From contig NIVC01002373.1 in assembly GCA_002269645.1 (NCBI GenBank), forward strand, positions 141,106 to 179,690: 38,585 nucleotides of DNA. The letters run 5' to 3'. Below, in pieces: positions 31,070 through 38,585 of this stretch (position 1 is the stretch's first letter; every line of letters starts with the position of its first letter). A model generated the notes under the pieces. It did not search any database, was not told the DNA's origin, and saw nothing but the letters and a program-made list of their open reading frames with translations. This stretch comes from Macrostomum lignano (taxonomy: Eukaryota). Made by a program: the position numbers and the translations under genes.

Positions 31070-34000
31070 TCAAACAGACACAGAAATCTGTTCCAGTTGT
31101 GTCTGTAGTTTATGTGGACCACCTGAGAGCCAGAGCCTCAAACAGACAGAGAAATCTGTTCGAGTTGTGTCTGTAGGTTAGGTGGACCACCTTCTGAGAG
31201 CCAAAGCCTCAAACAGACTGAGAGAGCTGCTTCAGTTGTGTCTGTAGGTTATGTGGACCACCTAAGAGCCAGAGCCACAAACAGACAGAGAAATCTGTTC
31301 GAGTTGTGTCTGTAGATTAGGTGGACCAGCTATTCTACAGCACTTCTAGGCGATAATCTGAGCCAGGAATCTCCAAAAGCCTCTCGTTACACATCCAGAT
31401 GTTCTGCCTTGATGCTGGACTAGCTCACTTTCTAAGAATCTGTTCTGATTGCATTCTAACAAACTGAAGAATTCTCGGCACTAAACTTTCTCGGCGGCTC
31501 TGAGATCCAGAGCCTCAAACAGACAGAAATCTGTTCGAGTTGTGTCTGTAGGTTAGGTGGACCAGCTACTCCAAAGCACTTCTAGGCGATAATCTGAGCC
31601 AGGAATCTCCAAGAGCCTCTCGTTACACATCCAGATGTTCTGCCTTGATGCTGGACTAGCTCACTTTCTAGGAATCTGTTCTGATTGCATTCTAACAAAC
31701 TGAAGCATTCTCGGCACTAAACTTTCTCGGCGGCTCTGAGAGCCAGAGCCTCAAACAGACAGAGAAATCTGTTCGAGTTGTGTCTGTAGGTTAGGTGGAC
31801 CAGCTACTCCACAGCACTTCTAGGCGATAATCTGAGCCAGGAATCTCCGAGAGCCTCTCGTTACACATCCAGATGTTCTACCTTGATGCTGGACTTGCTC
31901 ACTTTCTAGGAATATGTTCTGATTGCATTCTAACAAACTGAAGCATTCTCGGCACTAAACTTTCTCGGCGGCTCTGAGAGCCAGAGCCTCAAACAGACAG
32001 AGAAATCTGTTCGAGTTGTGTCTGTAGGTTAGGTGGACCACCTTCTGAGAGCCAAAGCCTCAAACAGACTGAGAGAGCTGCTTCAGTTGTGTCTGTAGGT
32101 TATGTGGACCACCTAAGAGCCAGAGCCTCAAACAGACAGAGAAATCTGTTCGAGTTGTGTCTGTAGGTTAGGTGGACCAGCTACTCCACAGCACTTCTAG
32201 GCGATAATCTGAGCAGGAATCTCCGAGAGCCTCTCGTTACACATCCAGATGTTCTGCCTTGATGCTGGACTAGCTCACTTTCTAGGAATCTGTTCTGATT
32301 GCATTCTAACAAACTGAAGCATTTTCTGCACTAAACTTTCTCGGCGGCTCTAAGAGCCAGAGCCTAAACAGACAGAGAAATCTGTTCGAGTTGTGTCTGT
32401 AGGTTAGGTGGACCACCTTCTGAGAGCCAAAGCCTCAAACAGACTGAGAGAGCTGCTTCAGTTGTGTCTGTAGGTTATGTGGACCACCTAAGAGCCAGAG
32501 CCACAAACAGACAGAGAAATCTGTTCGAGTTGTGTCTGTAGATTAGGTGGACCAGCTATTCTACAGCACTTCTAGGCGATAATCTGAGCCAGGAATCTCC
32601 AAGAGCCTCTCGTTACACATCCAGATGTTCTGCCTTGATGCTGGACTAGCTCACTTTCTAGGAATCTGTTCTGATTGCATTCTAACAAACTGAAGAATTC
32701 TCGGCACTAAACTTTCTCGGCGGCTCTGAGATCCAGAGCCTCAAACAGACAGAAATCTGTTCGAGTTGTGTCTGTAGGTTAGGTGGACCAGCTACTCCAA
32801 AGCACTTCTAGGCGATAATCTGAGCCAGGAATCTCCAAGAGCCTCTCGTTACACATCCAGATGTTCTGCCTTGATGCTGGACTAGCTCACTTTCTAGGAA
32901 TCTGTTCTGATTGCATTCTAACAAACTGAAGCATTCTCGGCACTAAACTTTCTCGGCGGCTCTGAGAGCCAGAGCCTCAAACAGACAGAGAAATCTGTTC
33001 GAGTTGTGTCTGTAGGTTAGGTGGACCAGCTACTCCACAGCACTTCTAGGCGATAATCTGAGCCAGGAATCTCCGAGAGCCTCTCGTTACACATCCAGAT
33101 GTTCTACCTTGATGCTGGACTTGCTCACTTTCTAGGAATATGTTCTGATTGCATTCTAACAAACTGAAGCATTCTCGGCACTAAACTTTCTCGGCGGCTC
33201 TGAGAGCCAGAGCCTCAAACAGACAGAGAAATCTGTTCGAGTTGTGTCTGTAGGTTAGGTGGACCACCTTCTGAGAGCCAAAGCCTCAAACAGACTGAGA
33301 GAGCTGCTTCAGTTGTGTCTGTAGGTTATGTGGACCACCTAAGAGCCAGAGCCTCAAACAGACAGAGAAATCTGTTCGAGTTGTGTCTGTAGGTTAGGTG
33401 GACCAGCTACTCCACAGCACTTCTAGGCGATAATCTGAGCCAGGAATCTCCGAGAGCCTCTCGTTACACATCCAGATGTTCTGCCTTGATGCTGGACTAG
33501 CTCACTTTCTAGGAATCTGTTCTGATTGCATTCTAACAAACTGAAGCATTCTCGGCACTAAACTTTCTCGGCGGCTCTGAGATCCAGAGCCTCAAACAGA
33601 CAGAGAAATCTGTTCGAGTTGTGTCTGTAGGTTAGGTGGACCAGCTACTCCAAAGCACTTCTAGGCGATAATCTGAGCCAGGAATCTCCAAGAGCCTCTC
33701 GTTACACATCCAGATGTTCTACCTTGATGCTGGACTAGCTCACTTTCTAGGAATCTGTTCTGATTGCATTCTAACAAACTGAAGCATTCTCGGCACTAAA
33801 CTTTCTCGGCGGCTCTTAGATCCAGAGCCTCAAACAGACAGAAATCTGTTCGAGTTGTGTCTGTAGGTTAGGCGGACCAGATACTCCAAAGCACTTCTAG
33901 GCGAGAATCTGAGCCAGGAATCTCCGAGAGCCTCTCGTTACACATCCAGATGTTCTGCCTTGATGCTGGACTAGCTCACTTTCTAGGAATCTGTTCTGAT

Positions 34001-37000
34001 TGCATTCTAACAAACTGAAGCATTCTCGGCACTAAACTTTCTCGGCGGCTCTGAGAGCCAGAGCCTCAAACAGACAGAGAAATCTGTTCGAGTTGTGTCT
34101 GTAGGTTAGGTGGACCAGCTACTCCACAGCACTTCTAGGCGATAATCTGAGCCAGGAATCTCCAAGAGCCTCTCGTTACACATCCAGATGTTCTGCCTTG
34201 ATGCTGGACTAGCTCACTTTCTAGGAATCTGTTCTGATTGCATTCTAACAAACTGAAGCATTCTCGGCACTAAACTTTCTCGGCGGCTCTTAGATCCAGA
34301 GCCTCAAACAGACAGAAATCTGTTCGAGTTGTGTCTGTAGGTTAGGTGGACCAGATACTCCAAAGCACTTCTAGGCGATAATCTGAGCCAGGAGTCTCCG
34401 AGAGACTTTCGTTACACATCCAGATGTTCTGCCTTGATGCTTGACTAGCTCACTTTCTAGGAATCTGTTCTGATTGCATTCTAACAAACTGAAGCATTTT
34501 CTGCACTAAACTTTCTCGGCGGCTCTAAGAGCCAGAGCCTAAACAGACAGAGAAATCTGTTCGAGTTGTGTCTGTAGGTTAGGTGGACCACCTTCTGAGA
34601 GCCAAAGCCTCAAACAGACTGAGAGAGCTGCTTCAGTTGTGTCTGTAGGTTATGTGGACCACCTAAGAGCCAGAGCCACAAACAGACAGAGAAATCTGTT
34701 CGAGTTGTGTCTGTAGATTAGGTGGACCAGCTATTCTACAGCACTTCTAGGCGATAATCTGAGCCAGGAATCTCCAAAGCCTCTCGTTACACATCCAGAT
34801 GTTCTGCCTTGATGCTGGACTAGCTCACTTTCTAAGAATCTGTTCTGATTGCATTCTAACAAACTGAAGAATTCTCGGCACTAAACTTTCTCGGCGGCTC
34901 TGAGATCCAGAGCCTCAAACAGACAGAAATCTGTTCGAGTTGTGTCTGTAGTTAGGTGGACCAGCTACTCCAAAGCACTTCTAGGCGATAATCTGAGCCA
35001 GGAATCTCCAAGAGCCTCTCGTTACACATCCAGATGTTCTGCCTTGATGCTGGACTAGCTCACTTTCTAGGAATCTGTTTTGATTGCATTCTAACAAACT
35101 GAAGCATTCTCGCACTAAACTTTCTCGGCGGCTCTGAGAGCCAGAGCCTCAAACAGACAGAGAAATCTGTTCGAGTTGTGTCTGTAGGTTAGGTGGACCA
35201 GCTACTCCACAGCACTTCTAGGCGATAATCTGAGCCAGGAATCTCCGAGAGCCTCTCGTTACACATCCAGATGTTCTACCTTGATGCTGGACTTGCTCAC
35301 TTTCTAGGAATATGTTCTGATTGCATTCTAACAAACTGAAGCATTCTCGGCACTAAACTTTCTCGGCGGCTCTGAGAGCCAGAGCCTCAAACAGACAGAG
35401 AAATCTGTTCGAGTTGTGTCTGTAGGTTAGGTGGACCACCTTCTGAGAGCCAAAGCCTCAAACAGACTGAGAGAGCTGCTTCAGTTGTGTCTGTAGGTTA
35501 TGTGGACCACCTAAGAGCCAGAGCCTCAAACAGACAGAGAAATCTGTTCGAGTTGTGTCTGTAGGTTAGGTGGACCAGCTACTCCACAGCACTTCTAGGC
35601 GATAATCTGAGCCAGGAATCTCCGAGAGCCTCTCGTTACACATCCAGATGTTCTGCCTTGATGCTGGACTAGCTCACTTTCTAGGAATCTGTTCTGATTG
35701 CATTCTAACAAACTGAAGAATTCTCGGCACTAAACTTTCTCGGCGGCTCTGAGATCCAGAGCCTCAAACAGACAGAAATCTGTTCGAGTTGTGTCTGTAG
35801 GTTAGGTGGACCAGCTACTCCAAAGCACTTCTAGGCGATAATCTGAGCCAGGAATCTCCAAGAGCCTCTCGTTACACATCCAGATGTTCTGCCTTGATGC
35901 TGGACTAGCTCACTTTCTAGGAATCTGTTCTGATTGCATTCTAACAAACTGAAGCATTCTCGGCACTAAACTTTCTCGGCGGCTCTGAGAGCCAGAGCCT
36001 CAAACAGACAGAGAAATCTGTTCGAGTTGTGTCTGTAGGTTAGGTGGACCAGCTACTCCACAGCACTTCTAGGCGATAATCTGAGCCAGGAATCTCCGAG
36101 AGCCTCTCGTTACACATCCAGATGTTCTGCCTTGATGCTGGACTAGCTCACTTTCTAGGAATCTGTTCTGATTGCATTCTAACAAACTGAAGCATTCTCG
36201 GCACTAAACTTTCTCGGCGGCTCTGAGAGCCAGAGCCTCAAACAGACAGAGAAATCTGTTCGAGTTGTGTCTGTAGGTTAGGTGGACCACCTTCTGAGAG
36301 CCAAAGCCTCAAACAGACTGAGAGAGCTGCTTCAGTTGTGTCTGTAGGTTATGTGGACCACCTAAGAGCCAGAGCCTCAAACAGACAGAGAAATCTGTTC
36401 GAGTTGTGTCTGTAGGTTAGGTGGACCAGCTACTCCACAGCACTTCTAGGCGATAATCTGAGCCAGGAATCTCCGAGAGCCTCTCGTTACACATCCAGAT
36501 GTTCTGCCTTGATGCTGGACTAGCTCACTTTCTAGGAATCTGTTCTGATTGCATTCTAACAAACTGAAGCATTCTCGGCACTAAACTTTCTCGGCGGCTC
36601 TGAGAGCCAGAGCCTCAAACAGACAGAGAAATCTGTTCGAGTTGTGTCTGTAGGTTAGGTGGACCAGCTACTCCAAGCACTTCTAGGCGATAATCTGAGC
36701 CAGGAATCTCCGAAGAGCCTCTCGTTACACATCCAGATGTTCTGCCTTGATGCTGGACTAGCTCACTTTCTAGGAATCTGTTCTGATTGCATTCTAACAA
36801 ACTGAAGCATTCTCGGCACTAAACTTTCTCGGCGGCTCTAGATCCAGAGCCTCAAACAGACAGAAAATCTGTTCGAGTTGTGTCTGTAGGTTAGGTGGAC
36901 CAGCTACTCCAAAGCACTTCTAGGCGATAATCTGAGCCAGGAATCTCCGAGAGCCTCTCGTTACACATCCAGATGTTCTGCCTTGATGCTGGACTAGCTC

Positions 37001-38585
37001 ACTTTCTAGAATCTGTTCTGATTGCATTCTAACAAACTGAAGCATTCTCGGCACTAAACTTTCTCGGCGGCTCTGAGAGCCAGAGCCTCAAACAGACAGA
37101 AATCTGTTCGAGTTGTGTCTGTAGGTTAGGTGGACCAGCTACTCCAACAGCACTTCTAGGCGATAATCTGAGCCAGGAATCTCCAAGAGCCTCTCGTTAC
37201 ACATCCAGATGTTCTGCCTTGATGCTGGACTAGCTCACTTTCTAGGAATCTGTTCTGATTGCATTCTAACAAACTGAAGCATTCTCGGCACTAAACTTTC
37301 TCGGCGGCTCTGAGATCCAGAGCCTCAAACAGACAGAAATCTGTTCGAGTTGTGTCTGTAGGTTAGGTGGACCAGCATACTCCACAGCACTTCTAGGCGA
37401 TAATCTGAGCCAGGAGTCTCCGAGAGACTTTCGTTACACATCCAGATGTTCTGCCTTGATGCTGGACTAGCTCACTTTCTAGGAATCTGTTCTGATTGCA
37501 TTCTAACAAACTGAAGCATTTCGCACTAAACTTTCTCGGCGGCTCTAGAGCCAGAGCCTAAACAGACAGAGAAATCTGTTCGAGTTGTGTCTGTAGGTTA
37601 GGTGGACCACCTTCTGAGAGCCAAAGCCTCAACAGACTGAGAGAGCTGCTTCAGTTTGTCTGTAGGTTAGTGGACACCTCTGTAGGTTATGTGGACCACT
37701 AAGAGCCAGAGCCTCAAACAGACAGAGAAATCTGTTCGTTGTGTCTAGGTTAGGTGGACCAGCTACTACAGCACTTCTAGGCGATAATCTGAGCAGGAAT
37801 CTCCGAAAGCCTCTCGTTACACATCCAGATGTTCTGCCTTGATGCTGGACTAGCTCACTTTTCTAGGAATCTGTTCTGATTGCATTCTAACAAACTGAAG
37901 CATTCTCGGCACTAACTTTCTCGGCGCGGCTCTGAGAGCCAGAGCCTCAAACAGACAGAGAAATCTGTTCGAGTTGTGTCTGTAGGTTAGGTGGACCACT
38001 ACTCCACAGCACTTCTAGGCGATAATCTGAGCCAGGATCTCCAAGAGCCTCTCGTTACACATCCAGATGTTCTGCCTTGATGCTGGACTAGCTCACTTTC
38101 TAGGAATCTTTCTGATTGCATTCTAACAAACTGAAGCATTCTCGGCACTAAAACTTTCTCGGCGGCTCTGAGAGCCAGAGCCTCAAACAGACAGAAATCT
38201 GTTCGAGTTGTGTCTGTAGGTTAGGTGGACCAGCTACTCCACAGCACTTCTATGCGATAATCTGAGCAGGATCTCCGAGAGCCTCTCGTTACACATCCAG
38301 ATGTTCTGCCTTGATGCTGGACTAGCTCACTTTCTAGGAATGTTCTGATTGCATTCTAACAAACTGAAGCATTCTCGGCACTAAACTTTCTCGGCGGCTC
38401 TGAGAGCCAGAGCCTCAAACAGACAGAGAAATCTGTTCGAGTTGTGTCTGTAGGGTTAGGTGGACCACCTTCTGAGAGCCAAAGCCTCAAACAGACTAGG
38501 AGCTGCTTCAGTTGGTCTGTTTAGGTTATGTGGACACCTAAGAGCCAGAGCCTCAAACAGACAGAGAAATCTGTTCGAGTTGTGT
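31070..38585. repeat. Satellite array of at least 7.5 kb: monomer of about 240 bp (A block about 65 bp, B block about 175 bp) with interspersed A-A'-A triplets; truncated by the window end
   Basis: A = gagccagagcctcaaacagacagagaaatctgttcgagttgtgtctgtaggttaggtggacca. B = gctactccacagcacttctaggcgataatc...ctaaactttctcggcggctct. Both recur throughout the region. Confidence 0.98.

Noticed and set aside
31070-38585. Retrozyme (hammerhead-containing satellite) or tandem snRNA/5S gene array
   Set aside because: No CUGANGA/GAAA core with stems was found in the monomer on either strand, and there is no resemblance to snRNA, 5S or tRNA sequences that I recognise.

Overview
Eukaryotic genomic DNA from a repeat-rich invertebrate. 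It has GT-AG spliceosomal introns and GC-rich exons separated by minisatellite-filled introns; this style resembles the flatworm Macrostomum, which is an inference only. From left to right: (1) a highly diverged, intron-containing BiP/GRP78-type HSP70 gene on the minus strand (about 961-3653), with two frameshifts, degenerate ATPase motifs and a C-terminal KAEL. (2) A transposon and repeat field (about 4.7-14 kb) containing a Crypton/DUF3504-like relic, a tRNA-headed CORE-like SINE, two related Helitron-like elements carrying minisatellites, a long (AGAT)n tract and a minimal hammerhead ribozyme of the Penelope type. (3) Two adjacent uninterrupted plus-strand orphan ORFs (319 aa and 625 aa) that share an unrecognised C-terminal helical domain; the larger has three degenerate CBM20/CBM48-like modules. 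(4) The 3' half of BTAF1/Mot1 on the minus strand: 10 exons (29458 to 21099, about 932 aa) with consistent splice phases. Nearly every BTAF1 intron holds its own minisatellite, and two of these arrays are tandem copies of the adjacent 3' splice site. (5) A satellite of at least 7.5 kb (monomer about 240 bp, with higher-order structure) running off the window, presumably inside a large BTAF1 intron. Most long ORFs in the supplied track over 8.7-10.2, 11.9-12.5, 20.7-21.1 and 22.4-30.0 kb are repeat artefacts. All family assignments come from motif recall and hand alignment, not database searches.
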